From the NCBI GenBank assembly GCA_963845065.1, contig CAWJQQ010000009.1:1184001-1248000 (forward strand): a stretch of 64,000 nt of DNA, written 5' to 3'. A program made the position numbers and the translations under genes. Of the stretch, positions 1-9,739 are shown piece by piece. Source of the stretch: Nitrospirota bacterium. GTDB taxonomy: Bacteria > Nitrospirota > UBA9217. Each line of letters begins with the position of its first letter. The first letter of the stretch is position 1. The notes below the pieces were generated by a model, which was given only the letters and a program-made list of their open reading frames with translations, was not told the origin of the DNA and searched no databases.

Positions 1-347
1 TGATCGATGACTCTCCCAATTACCTGCCACAACGCCAGTTTGCCTTCCCTGGTCGTTCCAAGGGCCTCTACGATCCCCAATTCACGAGCAATCGAATGAG
101 CAAGCCATACCGCGCCGAACGAAAGCCCTTGCTTCTGAGTCACTGTCATCTTGTCGGAAAGGAGGGAAGCAAGTTGTTCTTTATGGCGCAAGGCGAGCTT
201 GATTGCGGCAATCTCTGCATTGGAGCAAGAATTCAGATTTGCAATCGTGCGGTGCTTGACCTTGCCGTTTTCTCGGTAGCACTCTCGGAGAAGATAGCGA
301 GTGTAGGATTTGTCTCCCTGTTTCACGGTAGAGGAATCGACATACAT
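1..347 (-). mobile_element. IS1634-family transposase, N-terminal part (runs off the window start)
   Basis: Manual translation from ATG at 347: MYVDSSTVKQGDKSYTRYLLRECYRENGKVKHRTIANL...GLSFGAVW...LALWQVIGRVID, the typical IS1634 N-terminus. Not in the ORF track because it has no stop in the window. The element left end is probably near 484. Confidence 0.85.
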
Positions 348-487
348 AGTGGTTACTTAAATATCATTATTAAAGCTATTTATCAAGTAATAATATAATT
401 TAAAGAGTATTTAAGTGGTTACATATTTAGGGCAAAAAAAGGCCTGCCCGTTGCAAGGTAAATGATTTACTGAAAAACGAGGGGAGA

Positions 488-708
488 CATCCGTTGTAAT
501 AGGCTCGTGCGTCCTTATCAAATCGACGCACCAGCTCTGCTGCTTCCGAGAATGCCCATGCAAGATACTTGATTTCGCACTTTCTGTTCCCTTTGCCCTT
601 TTGCTTCTCGTTGATGACCCAAACGGTCGAAACCTTTCGACGGTACGATACAAAATTCCCAACATCGGCAAACCGATTGATAGGGCCAGTCTCCAGCATA
701 TTTATCAT
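488..708 (-). pseudogene. IS110-family transposase C-terminal relic, truncated by the IS1634 end
   Basis: LETGPINRFADVGNFVSY..KGKGNRKC..KYLAWAFSEAAEL resembles the IS116/IS110/IS902 domain. Similarity stops at YYN near 490. Confidence 0.7.
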
Positions 709-1051
709 TTCTATCTTGGCAAGAATAGGATATTTCTATCTTGGGCTGACAGGCAGTCAGCTCTCTTTTTTCTTGATTTGCAGCGTGATTTTCTATATAG
801 TATTACCGTTTTACAGTTGGCTTCATGTGCAGTTCCAAACAAATGATGACAGTAAAAAACACAAATATTGTTGTTTCATTCAAAACTCGAGCCTTGCAAT
901 CAAATGATTTGAGCAGAATTAAAAAATACTCGCCCTTCAAGCGCACATAAAAAGTGCGATATCTTGATATTACAGACTCGGTTGTTATGACCGTTCCGCT
1001 TCAGAGGTACGAAAGTCGTTGTGCACAGTTCATAGATAAGGAGGCTACATT

Positions 1052-2362
1052 TTGAGAAGTAATACTATGCTGCAAACGATGAAAAGCGGTCCCTTGGTTA
1101 TTCGAAAAGCACCTGTAATAGTTCTCATGTCCCTTCTATTGCTGTGCAGCACATTGAGTGTTTCCATGGCAGCCAGCCTGTCAGGCGATTCCACTACGTA
1201 TCTGCAATCGAGAGAGCAGGCAAACAGCACGAGTGTCCTTGCTGGGTACGAATACCTAAATTTCGCGGCACAGGATATCGGTAATGAGACGGTTTCGTTT
1301 CATACCGGCGGGTGGCTGCGACAAGATTTTCAGGTCAAGGAGTATGGCACAGAATCGAACAGCGATCTTCAGTATTCCTACCTGAGTTTTAAGAGCCTAA
1401 CCGACAACACAGTGGTCAATCTTGGACGCGTGATGGTTTTCTCGGGCGTGGCGGCTGAACGGGTTGACGGTTTTTACGCGCGTTCCGATTTAAATTACGG
1501 CTTTGGTGTTTCGGTATACGGCGGCAGCCCGGTAGAGACCAATATCAAAGAACCCGGCAACAACGTGATTTATGGTGGACGCCTAAATCACCAAGTGGCC
1601 GATGTATACAGAATAGGGATCTCAGCGCTCGAGGAAGTAAAGAATAGCCAGGACTACCGGAGAGAGGGAGGCATCGATCTTTGGGTCAATCCAATGAATA
1701 AAGTCAATATAACCGGCAAGTCCACTTACAATGACATCACCAAGGGATGGATGGAACATACCTATGTATTGCAGTTGGGCCGCTTTGATACGCTTAGGAT
1801 GCGATTTGATACGACGGCGTCGTGGATTAACTATAACGATTACTTCTTCCGGGTTACCACGAACGCTCTCTCCTTAGGGCCGTCCGGGTTCAACGTGAAC
1901 GGTGAAGCGGTACGTACACTGGGAGAAGCGGCACAGTACCGAGTCACGGACAATACACTTATTATTGCAGATTATAAAAATTATGATTATCGCGTTGAAG
2001 GCGAAGCCAATTATTACGGCGGGATGGTCAAATATTCCGTTTCCGGAGTCGGTGGCGCCGGAATCGGGTATCACCGCATGAATGGAAGCACGAACAAGTT
2101 ACGGTACGACCAATATCGGATTTACGGCTTTAAGCAGCTTGGAAAATTCGATCTTACGGCCGACGTCCTAGATGTAGTCTATGACAGCCCCATGAATGAT
2201 GTAAGAGATTCCTATACCGCGACGCTTGCCGCCCAGTATGACCTCACGGACGCATGGAAACTGGGCGCCGACATTGAATACTCCCACGATCCCGATTTCA
2301 ACGTAGATTACCGGGGCCTCGTCAAGCTCCTCTATCATTTCGGCACTAAAGGAGGGGCTTAA
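1052..2362 (+). CDS. Outer-membrane beta-barrel (porin of a porin-cytochrome conduit)
   Basis: Signal peptide, Tyr/Gly-rich alternating beta-strands, near-terminal LLYHF strand, AAGGAGG RBS. Lies directly upstream of two multiheme cytochromes. Confidence 0.75.
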   Translation: MRSNTMLQTMKSGPLVIRKAPVIVLMSLLLLCSTLSVSMAASLSGDSTTYLQSREQANSTSVLAGYEYLNFAAQDIGNETVSFHTGGWLRQDFQVKEYGTESNSDLQYSYLSFKSLTDNTVVNLGRVMVFSGVAAERVDGFYARSDLNYGFGVSVYGGSPVETNIKEPGNNVIYGGRLNHQVADVYRIGISALEEVKNSQDYRREGGIDLWVNPMNKVNITGKSTYNDITKGWMEHTYVLQLGRFDTLRMRFDTTASWINYNDYFFRVTTNALSLGPSGFNVNGEAVRTLGEAAQYRVTDNTLIIADYKNYDYRVEGEANYYGGMVKYSVSGVGGAGIGYHRMNGSTNKLRYDQYRIYGFKQLGKFDLTADVLDVVYDSPMNDVRDSYTATLAAQYDLTDAWKLGADIEYSHDPDFNVDYRGLVKLLYHFGTKGGA

Positions 2363-2363
2363 G

Positions 2364-2804
2364 ATGAAAACCATGACAACCAGGATAGCTTTGTTAGCAA
2401 TGCTCTTACTGCTTATCGGCATGTACGCTTGCGTCCATAGGCAAAGTATCGCGACGTCACATCCTGTGGAAGTAACTGGTTTCCCGATCTGTAGTGACTG
2501 CCACACGGATTGGAAGGCTGCAATGGACCACACCAGTGACTATGTTGCACGACACCAGTTCTACGGAGATCAGCAAAGCGTAACCTGCAAAATATGTCAC
2601 AAAGAGTCGTTCTGTTCCGATTGCCACGCGCATAAGGAGGAGTTGAAACCAAGCGACAAATACAAAGATTCTCCGGAGCGAACCTTGCCCCACCAGGGCG
2701 ATTATTTAAGCCAGCACAAAATCGACGGTCAGATCAACCCAGCCTCGTGCATGAGATGTCATGGCCGATCGAATAATGAGAGGTGTCTCACATGTCATCG
2801 GTAA
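2364..2804 (+). CDS. Pentaheme c-type cytochrome lipoprotein
   Basis: Five CxxCH motifs (CSDCH, CKICH, CSDCH, CMRCH, CLTCH) and lipobox-like MYAC after a hydrophobic signal. Confidence 0.9.
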   Translation: MKTMTTRIALLAMLLLLIGMYACVHRQSIATSHPVEVTGFPICSDCHTDWKAAMDHTSDYVARHQFYGDQQSVTCKICHKESFCSDCHAHKEELKPSDKYKDSPERTLPHQGDYLSQHKIDGQINPASCMRCHGRSNNERCLTCHR

Positions 2805-3790
2805 ATAGAAATGTGATACTCGGCCTGCTTTTCGTGGCAGGACTGCTTATCCTGGGGGGGTGCCGCAGCGAGAATAACGGAAATGCAGTATTCGACGAGA
2901 ATCAGCACCCGTCTGACTGGCTACCTGCAGGCCATATGGCAGCCGCAGAAGCTACCGAGAGCGTCTGCTCCCAATGTCATGGGGATGATTTCAACGGAGG
3001 TATTAGCGGGGTGTCATGCACGCAGTGCCATATCGGAGGAGTGAACTCAGTACATCCCGTTTCTTGGGGTACGGGTAGCCAGATCGTTCCGAATCACGGG
3101 GCCTACGTTGTGTCTAACGGCACTACTTCCTGCTCGAACGCCTATTGCCATGGTTCCGATCTTTCCGGTGTTACAAACAGCGGTCCCGCCTGCGCGAACT
3201 GCCATGTTGGAGGTGTAAGCTCCTTATTATCAGGATGCGCGTCCTGTCATGGAGCCCCGCCGAACGGGAGCACTGACCCGAACGTAACGGGAGCTCATAC
3301 AGTGCATAATGCGCTTACCAACGTTACAAACGTATGTAATACTTGCCACAACGGCGCTGGAGCGGGCACAGTGAATCACGATAACGGCGTTATTACTGTC
3401 CAGTTGTTGAGCGTATATAATGCAGAGAGCGGTACGGCTGTATATAATAATGCCGACAATACATGCTCTAACGTGAGCTGCCACGGCGGTCAGACGACAC
3501 CTGTATGGCTTACTGGTTCAATTGATGTAAATACCCAGTGCACGTCGTGTCACTCCTACGGTACTACCGAATATAACAGTTTTGTGTCGGGCCAGCATGA
3601 TTTCCATGTCAATACGGAAGGATTTCCCTGCATCGCATGCCATGATTTGTCGAAGCTTGCCATAGTCCATTTCAGTTCGTTGAATACGACGACGATCGTA
3701 GGGGCATCTACAACGGTTGGGGGACTTGTTACGGACTATACCAATGGTACATGCACGAATGATTGTCACGTTCCTCGGTCCTGGTTTTAG
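2783..3790 (+). CDS. Multiheme c-type cytochrome lipoprotein (up to 10 hemes, Geobacter-type CxxxxCH motifs)
   Basis: 7 CxxCH, 2 CxxxxCH (CSNAYCH, CSNVSCH) and 1 CxxxCH (CTNDCH); lipobox LGGC. Confidence 0.9.
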   Translation: MSHMSSVNRNVILGLLFVAGLLILGGCRSENNGNAVFDENQHPSDWLPAGHMAAAEATESVCSQCHGDDFNGGISGVSCTQCHIGGVNSVHPVSWGTGSQIVPNHGAYVVSNGTTSCSNAYCHGSDLSGVTNSGPACANCHVGGVSSLLSGCASCHGAPPNGSTDPNVTGAHTVHNALTNVTNVCNTCHNGAGAGTVNHDNGVITVQLLSVYNAESGTAVYNNADNTCSNVSCHGGQTTPVWLTGSIDVNTQCTSCHSYGTTEYNSFVSGQHDFHVNTEGFPCIACHDLSKLAIVHFSSLNTTTIVGASTTVGGLVTDYTNGTCTNDCHVPRSWF

Positions 3791-3828
3791 CTGTTGAGAA
3801 TTTTTGTTATTTGGAGAATGATTCTTGG

Positions 3829-3860
3829 AAGGCCCGGAGAAGATGGCCGGGCCTTTTTTT
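3829..3860 (+). terminator. Rho-independent terminator of the cytochrome operon
   Basis: AAGGCCCGG-loop-CCGGGCCTT followed by a T run. Confidence 0.85.
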
Positions 3861-4148
3861 CGTCGGTCGCAAGGGGTGTATGCATGCGCTTTTATGTATC
3901 ACTGACCGGGCGATAGGTCGTAAAGCCAACTGAGAAGACACAGGCATTCCGTATTCGTAAATTGGATAACACGTCGGAATGAACAAGGCCGGGGGGTAAT
4001 GCAGGCTCGAGGCTAATCGTAAAAGTAAACCGTGGGGTAGGCAGAGTTACAAAGGTTGTAATATATTACCGACTTTTTCTTCAAGATATTTATAAGTATA
4101 TGAAGTCATTTACAGCCCAAGCCATCGGAACCTGAAAACGACGTGCCC

Positions 4149-4616
4149 TTACTCATCGTCCGAAGCTTGTTTGCCGGATTGGCTTTGACGGACTCTTTCA
4201 TACGCACTCAACGGTCGTTTCGCTGGGTTCTTACGTACTCCTCCCGCGAATGGATCGAACGGAGAATAGGGGACTGCCGGGACGTTCCTTGTCTCATGGA
4301 GGATGTACATTTCATAGGTCAACCCATCGGTACCTTGGAGCACAATACTGTCTTCCCGTACCTTAATCAGCTGCGACCCATCCGGCAATTTTTCGAATAA
4401 TCTGAAAAAAGACTGTTCACCTTTCGATATGATAACAACCGCACCGGAAAAATCTTCGCTTCGTATCGTACCAACGAGGCTGTAACCAGGTGGAGTTGTG
4501 GCCTGCGCATCCACCTGACTAATCAAGGAAAGCGGCACAAAGATGAGGAGGTTTATAAGAAACAGATTCCTAACGCTTTTTTTTATCACAATACGGTATG
4601 GAGATGAAGACGCCAT
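4149..4616 (-). CDS. Membrane-anchored protein with a GspC/PilP-like homology region
   Basis: N-terminal TM/signal, then YSLVGTI..GAVV..GEQSFFRLFEKLPDGSQLIKVREDSIVL, the pattern of T2SS-C/PilP beta domains. Confidence 0.55.
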   Translation of the reverse strand: MASSSPYRIVIKKSVRNLFLINLLIFVPLSLISQVDAQATTPPGYSLVGTIRSEDFSGAVVIISKGEQSFFRLFEKLPDGSQLIKVREDSIVLQGTDGLTYEMYILHETRNVPAVPYSPFDPFAGGVRKNPAKRPLSAYERVRQSQSGKQASDDE

Positions 4617-4987
4617 AGAAAATAATACTCCATCAGTATCCCTCTGTCAATAAACACGTTAAATCAGTTAATCGATTTCGAAAAAAAAGCATGGTGCACC
4701 GCTCTGAAATTCCTTAAAAAAGAAGAAATAAGAGGAAACCCCCTTATCATGCCATTTTTCCCGCAATGAACCTGCGATTGCTTTCTTAAATCCTGCATGA
4801 ATACTTTAATGATCGCCAATAATGCTTTGACTATAGCAATCCCACTGCAAATTCACTACAATAAGTGAACCTAACTAATAAATTAGGGTCACTAATATTT
4901 CATTGAAGGCTGGGTTAGGCTTGACCGTATCCCCGCATTCAATCTTCAAATCTATATCGCAGTGCTCCGGAGTGCACATACTTCCTA

Positions 4988-5441
4988 CTATTCTTCCGAC
5001 GATGAGTGATGAGTCCGACGACGTGTTCGAACATTGGAGCGGTCTGAACCCACATTGGTTGGTGCGGCCGCCGGTATAGAAGGAGAGATATTTACTGGAG
5101 AATCGTTGTTTGCCAGTGGTGGAGCGACAAACCAAGACGTCTTTTCATGGGAAATAAACATATCATTGAGAGTATCGTCGGTCCCCTTGACCGAGATGCT
5201 GTCGTCTCACACCTGGACGAGTTGAGACCCATCCGGCAATTTCTCGAATAATCTGAAAAAGGACTGTTTACCTTTCTAGACTTTATTCACCGCTTCGCAT
5301 CGTTCCAATGGGATTGTAACCCGATTGAGCGACGACGTGACCATGCACCTGATTGATCAAATAAAGCAGAAGAAAGAGGAGGCTGCGAGCCAGAACAAAC
5401 TTCCAGATTATTTCATGTTTGATGGTGGAGAAGTGTATCAT
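4988..5441 (-). pseudogene. Degraded tandem paralog of 4149..4616
   Basis: DNA at ~5226-5276 nearly matches ~4375-4425. Translation KQSFFRLFEKLPDGSQLVQV*DDSISVKGTD...SSEE* has an in-frame TGA, plus an upstream stop and frameshift near 5283. Confidence 0.8.
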
Positions 5442-5605
5442 TGCTAGAAATTTTAAAATAGTACCACCTCGGTTGCTTGCTGTCAATGATAACATTGGGA
5501 TAGCTATACCGATTTCAGGGATGTGTAATTGTAATACCTTGAAAGCTCGTGTAAAAAAAAACATAAAAATCGCGTCATCATGTCTTTTTTAATCTTGTGG
5601 TTGCA

Positions 5606-6487
5606 TTAAAGTGTGATTTCAGTGCCGATGCCCTCGGTGGTAAATATTTCGAGCAGCAAGGCATGAGAGACTCTCCCGTCGATGATATGTACCTTGGCGC
5701 AGCCTGCGTCGAGGGCTTCAAAGCAGGATTTTGTTTTTGGTAACATTCCACCTGCTATAGTGCCTGCATTAATCAACATCTCTACCTTTTTTTTATTGAT
5801 TGTGGGAATAAGGTTGTTCTCCTTGTCGAGAATCCCCGCTTGGTCGGTAAGCACAATAAGTTTTTCCGCCTTTAATGCACCGGCTATTGCCCCGGCCACA
5901 TGGTCGGCATTGATATTGAAAGTTTCTCCGTTCGCCCCGGCTCCCACGGGCGCAATAACAGGGATGAAACCGCCTTGGTCTAATGCAAAAAGCGCTCCGG
6001 GCCTGACTTCGATTATTTCTCCTACGAGTCCGATATCGATGGTTTCGGTCTCTCCGGTTTCATGAGACCTTTTCTTCATCTTGAGTTTCCTGGCCTGTAT
6101 CAGTCCCCCGTCTTTTCCTGTAAGGCCGACGGCTTTTCCTCCAGAGTGGTTAATGAGGTTCACGATTTCCTTATTCACCTTGCCGCCGAGGACCATTTCG
6201 ACGATGTCCATGGTCTCCTCGTCGGTTACGCGCTGTCCAGATACGAAAGTTGGCTTCTTTCCCATTTGCTCCATAATCTTTCCGATTTGTGGCCCACCTC
6301 CATGCACGATTACCGGATTGATGCCTATATAGCGCATCAGCACAACGTCCTGAGCAAAGCCTTGTTTCAGACTCTCGTCGACCATGGCGTTGCCGCCGTA
6401 CTTGATGACAAACGTCTTGCCACGGAAAGTCTGAATATAGGGCATGGCCTCGATGAGGGTCATAGCTTTTTGGATCAGCTTTTCCAT
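5606..6487 (-). CDS. argB: Acetylglutamate kinase
   Basis: [41 protein letters not shown] motifs. Confidence 0.97.
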   Translation of the reverse strand: MEKLIQKAMTLIEAMPYIQTFRGKTFVIKYGGNAMVDESLKQGFAQDVVLMRYIGINPVIVHGGGPQIGKIMEQMGKKPTFVSGQRVTDEETMDIVEMVLGGKVNKEIVNLINHSGGKAVGLTGKDGGLIQARKLKMKKRSHETGETETIDIGLVGEIIEVRPGALFALDQGGFIPVIAPVGAGANGETFNINADHVAGAIAGALKAEKLIVLTDQAGILDKENNLIPTINKKKVEMLINAGTIAGGMLPKTKSCFEALDAGCAKVHIIDGRVSHALLLEIFTTEGIGTEITL

Positions 6488-6514
6488 AGAAACCTCAAAG
6501 AAAAAAATGATTAA

Positions 6515-6625
6515 ACCACAGAAGCCACGGAGAACACGGATGATAAATAAGATTTAATCGTAAGCTCAACGCGTTTATTTAGTGAATACTGGATTTTTTC
6601 TTAGTCTTACGTGTGCTCTGTGGGT
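6515..6625. repeat. Intergenic inverted repeat built from ~9-nt periodic CACRGA units
   Basis: Left arm ACCACAGAAGCCACGGAGAACACGGA; right arm CGTGTGCTCTGTGGGT. Confidence 0.55.
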
Positions 6626-6631
6626 AAAACA

Positions 6632-7975
6632 TCATAAAATGTATCTGCTCAGATCCTCACTCTTCAGCACCTCAGCCAATCGTTCCTGTACGTACTTTGC
6701 ATCGATCGAGACCTTTGCCCCTTTTTTTTCAGGCGCATCGAACGAGATTTCGTCGAGTAGCCTCTCCATGATCGTATGAAGCCTGCGGGCTCCGATGTTT
6801 TCGGTCCGTTCGTTCACCTGAGCTGCTATGCCGGCAATTTCTTCGATAGAATCTTTTGAGAAGTTAAGAGTGATTTCCTCAGTCGCCATAAGCGCGACAT
6901 GCTGTTTGATGAGCGCGTTCTGCGGTTCTGTCAAAATACGAACGAAATCCTCCTTGCCGAGGGAGTCAAGCTCAACCCGAATCGGAAAACGGCCCTGCAG
7001 CTCCGGGATGAGGTCCGACGGTTTTGATACATGAAATGCGCCTGCTGCAACGAAGAGAATGTGGTCGGTTTTAACCGGTCCGTATTTGGTCGAAATCGTC
7101 GAGCCTTCCACGATTGGCAGAAGGTCCCGTTGCACTCCTTCGCGCGATACATCCGGACCGTGCGATTCACGGCCGGCAATCTTGTCAATCTCGTCGAGGA
7201 ACACAATGCCTGATTGTTCCACGCGTTCAAGCGCTTCACGGGTCACTTTATCCATGTCAATGAGCTTCGCAGCCTCTTCTTGCACAAGGAGCCTCAATCC
7301 ATCTGGAACTTTCACTTTGCGGCGTTTCGTTTTTTCTGGAAGCAGTCCTCCAAGCATTTCCTTGAGGTTCATTTCGATTTCTTCCATGCCGACATTGGAA
7401 ACGATACCGAAGGGCATTACTTTTTCTTTCGTTTCGAGCTCTACAGTGCGGTTGTCAAGCTTTCCCTCACGGAGTTGCTGTCTCAACTTTTCCCGCGTTG
7501 TTGAATGCTGTTCCTGCTGCTCTGATGTTGGGGCTTCCGATCCCGGGGAATTCCTGAGTGGAGGTAAGAGGAGATCAAGCAGCCGCTCTTCTGCCATAGC
7601 CTCTGCTTTTTCTTTTACAATCTCGGCCATTTCGTTTTTAACCATGTTTATCCCGATTTCTGTAAGATCACGCACGATTGAGTCAACATCGCGTCCAACA
7701 TATCCCACTTCGGTAAACTTTGAAGCCTCAATCTTGAGGAATGGTGCCTGGACAAGTTTAGCGAGCCTTCGGGCAATCTCGGTTTTCCCGACGCCAGTGG
7801 GGCCGATCATGATGATGTTCTTCGGCATTACTTCATCGCGTAATTCTTCGGACAAGCGCTGACGTCTCCAGCGGTTTCTGAGCGCGATGGCGACGGCCCG
7901 CTTGGCCTTATGCTGGCCAATGATATACTTGTCCAATTCTTCGACAACTTGACGCGGGGTAAGAGAATTTTTCAA
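6632..7975 (-). CDS. hslU: ATP-dependent protease ATPase subunit HslU
   Basis: [47 protein letters not shown]. Confidence 0.98.
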   Translation of the reverse strand: MKNSLTPRQVVEELDKYIIGQHKAKRAVAIALRNRWRRQRLSEELRDEVMPKNIIMIGPTGVGKTEIARRLAKLVQAPFLKIEASKFTEVGYVGRDVDSIVRDLTEIGINMVKNEMAEIVKEKAEAMAEERLLDLLLPPLRNSPGSEAPTSEQQEQHSTTREKLRQQLREGKLDNRTVELETKEKVMPFGIVSNVGMEEIEMNLKEMLGGLLPEKTKRRKVKVPDGLRLLVQEEAAKLIDMDKVTREALERVEQSGIVFLDEIDKIAGRESHGPDVSREGVQRDLLPIVEGSTISTKYGPVKTDHILFVAAGAFHVSKPSDLIPELQGRFPIRVELDSLGKEDFVRILTEPQNALIKQHVALMATEEITLNFSKDSIEEIAGIAAQVNERTENIGARRLHTIMERLLDEISFDAPEKKGAKVSIDAKYVQERLAEVLKSEDLSRYIL

Positions 7976-8077
7976 GAAAACCTCCAGAGTATCGTCAAAC
8001 AGCAGATAGTAGATGGTAGGGGAGGGAGGCAGGAGAAGAGCAGGTTACATCTTCTCTTGGCTACTGTCTACTTTATA

Positions 8078-8620
8078 TTATAATTCTTCTATGGTGATTT
8101 CCTTGTTTGTATAGATGCAAATGTCACCGGCTATCCGCAAGGACTCCTCCACGATTGACCGCGCGTCGAGCGATGTGTGCTTCATAAGCGCCTGGGCAGC
8201 TGCGAAGGCGTAGGGACCGCCGGAGCCGATTGCCAGAATGCCCTGTTCCGGTTCAATCACGTCGCCGTTCCCGGAGAGGATAAAGGACCGTTCATTATCT
8301 GCAACAATCATCAGGGCTTCTAGTCTCCGGAGGACTCTGTCCGTTCTCCAGTCCTTGGCCAGTTCCACTGCTGCACGTGTCAGATTACCATGGTACTGCT
8401 CGAGTTTGGCCTCAAATTTCTCGAACAGTGTAAATGCGTCGGCTGTCGCACCCGCGAATCCAGCAATGACCTTGTCATTGAACATCTTTCGCACTTTTTT
8501 CGCATTGTGCTTCATTACCGTGCTACCAACCGTCACCTGACCGTCGCCAGCAATCGCCGATTTACCATTCCGTCTCACGGAAAGGATCGTTGTCCCATGC
8601 GAGGGCATTATATCTCCCAT
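8078..8620 (-). CDS. hslV: ATP-dependent protease subunit HslV
   Basis: Catalytic [24 protein letters not shown]. Start placed after a GGAGG RBS. Confidence 0.97.
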   Translation of the reverse strand: MGDIMPSHGTTILSVRRNGKSAIAGDGQVTVGSTVMKHNAKKVRKMFNDKVIAGFAGATADAFTLFEKFEAKLEQYHGNLTRAAVELAKDWRTDRVLRRLEALMIVADNERSFILSGNGDVIEPEQGILAIGSGGPYAFAAAQALMKHTSLDARSIVEESLRIAGDICIYTNKEITIEEL

Positions 8621-8734
8621 GATGCCTCCCTGTTGAAGAACTATGCATGATGCCAGGTCCATGACGCATCAGTCTGCATTTTTATGCTATATGCTTCACC
8701 GTGCATAATTCAGGTGACCCGCTCTGCGGGATTG

Positions 8735-9622
8735 CTATTTTTTCCTCGCCCTTGGATGGGCCTTGTCGTAGGTTTCCATGAGCGAATCGAGATTGAGATG
8801 AGTATACCGCTGCGTCGTAGAAAGGCTCGCGTGTCCGAGAAGTTCTTGGATTGCCCGCAGATCAGCTCCGGATTCAAGTAAATGTGTTGCAAAGCTATGA
8901 CGCAGTGTATGCGGGCTGGCTTTCTGGGTCAGGCCAAGTGATTTTCTATAATTTTCTAAAATACGCTGAACTGTGCGCGCTGTCAAGCGTTTTCCAGACG
9001 GACCCGTAAAGATTGCAGCAGCGTCCTTATGGTTTCTTTTGCTGTTGAGGTATGAATCGACTGCATCAAGTGCCTTCTGACCAATAGGTACGATCCGCTC
9101 TTTGCGCCCTTTGCCCCTGATGCGGACGAGCCGGTCAGTCCGATCTATGTCGTCACGGTTCATGCCGGTGAGTTCGCTAGCCCGGATTCCGGTCGAGTAG
9201 AGTGTTTCGAGGACCGCCCGATCACGGAAAATCGTATCGCGATCGTCGTGTGTCGTTGTGCTTGGCGCTTCCATAAGTCGCTGCGCGTCGTCTACAGTCA
9301 ACACGGCGGGAAGCCTTTTTTCCCGGCGAGGCGTGGTCAAGAGTCTTGCGGGATTGCCGGCAAGAATGCCTTCACGGTTCAGATATTTGAAAAAAGATCT
9401 GATAGCAGACAGCTTGCGTGCGATCGATGATTTCTTCGTTTTGTTTTTCATGAGATGAGCAATGAATTGCCGGAGCATCTGGTGGTCGATTTCAGTTGCG
9501 TCCTTGCCATCCAGGAAGTCGGTAAACTGCTCCAAGTCTGAGAGATAGCTCCTTTCGGTATGGAAAGAAGCGTTTTTTTCGCTCTTGAGGTAATGAATGA
9601 AATCGAAGATATACTTCCGCAT
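8735..9622 (-). CDS. xerC: Tyrosine recombinase XerC
   Basis: RDRA, GKGRKER, HTLRHSFATH, LGH, TTQRYTH; topA-xerC-hslVU context. Confidence 0.92.
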   Translation of the reverse strand: MRKYIFDFIHYLKSEKNASFHTERSYLSDLEQFTDFLDGKDATEIDHQMLRQFIAHLMKNKTKKSSIARKLSAIRSFFKYLNREGILAGNPARLLTTPRREKRLPAVLTVDDAQRLMEAPSTTTHDDRDTIFRDRAVLETLYSTGIRASELTGMNRDDIDRTDRLVRIRGKGRKERIVPIGQKALDAVDSYLNSKRNHKDAAAIFTGPSGKRLTARTVQRILENYRKSLGLTQKASPHTLRHSFATHLLESGADLRAIQELLGHASLSTTQRYTHLNLDSLMETYDKAHPRARKK

Positions 9623-9739
9623 GCTGGTACTTTATCGCAAGAGGCGGGAATTTGCAAGGTGTTCCCCATGCTTGGTGCGTATTAAAAGATATGCTGAACG
9701 ACATTGCCTGCGTCAACGAGTGATTTTTGCGAGTTGCGA

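Noticed and set aside
920..1040. Possible cyclic dinucleotide (GEMM) riboswitch before the cytochrome operon
   Set aside because: Has a GAAA loop but lacks the GCAAAC...GGACGCAAAGC core.
5180..5230. In-frame TGA as selenocysteine
   Set aside because: It aligns to Arg in the paralog, and the ORF has another stop and a frameshift, so this is decay.
7059..7862. Long antisense ORFs (also 10301, 25263, 33871, 36436, 46228)
   Set aside because: Shadows of well-supported genes on the opposite strand.
8735..9622. Phage or island integrase
   Set aside because: Housekeeping topA-xerC-hslVU context, and no att sites or phage genes.
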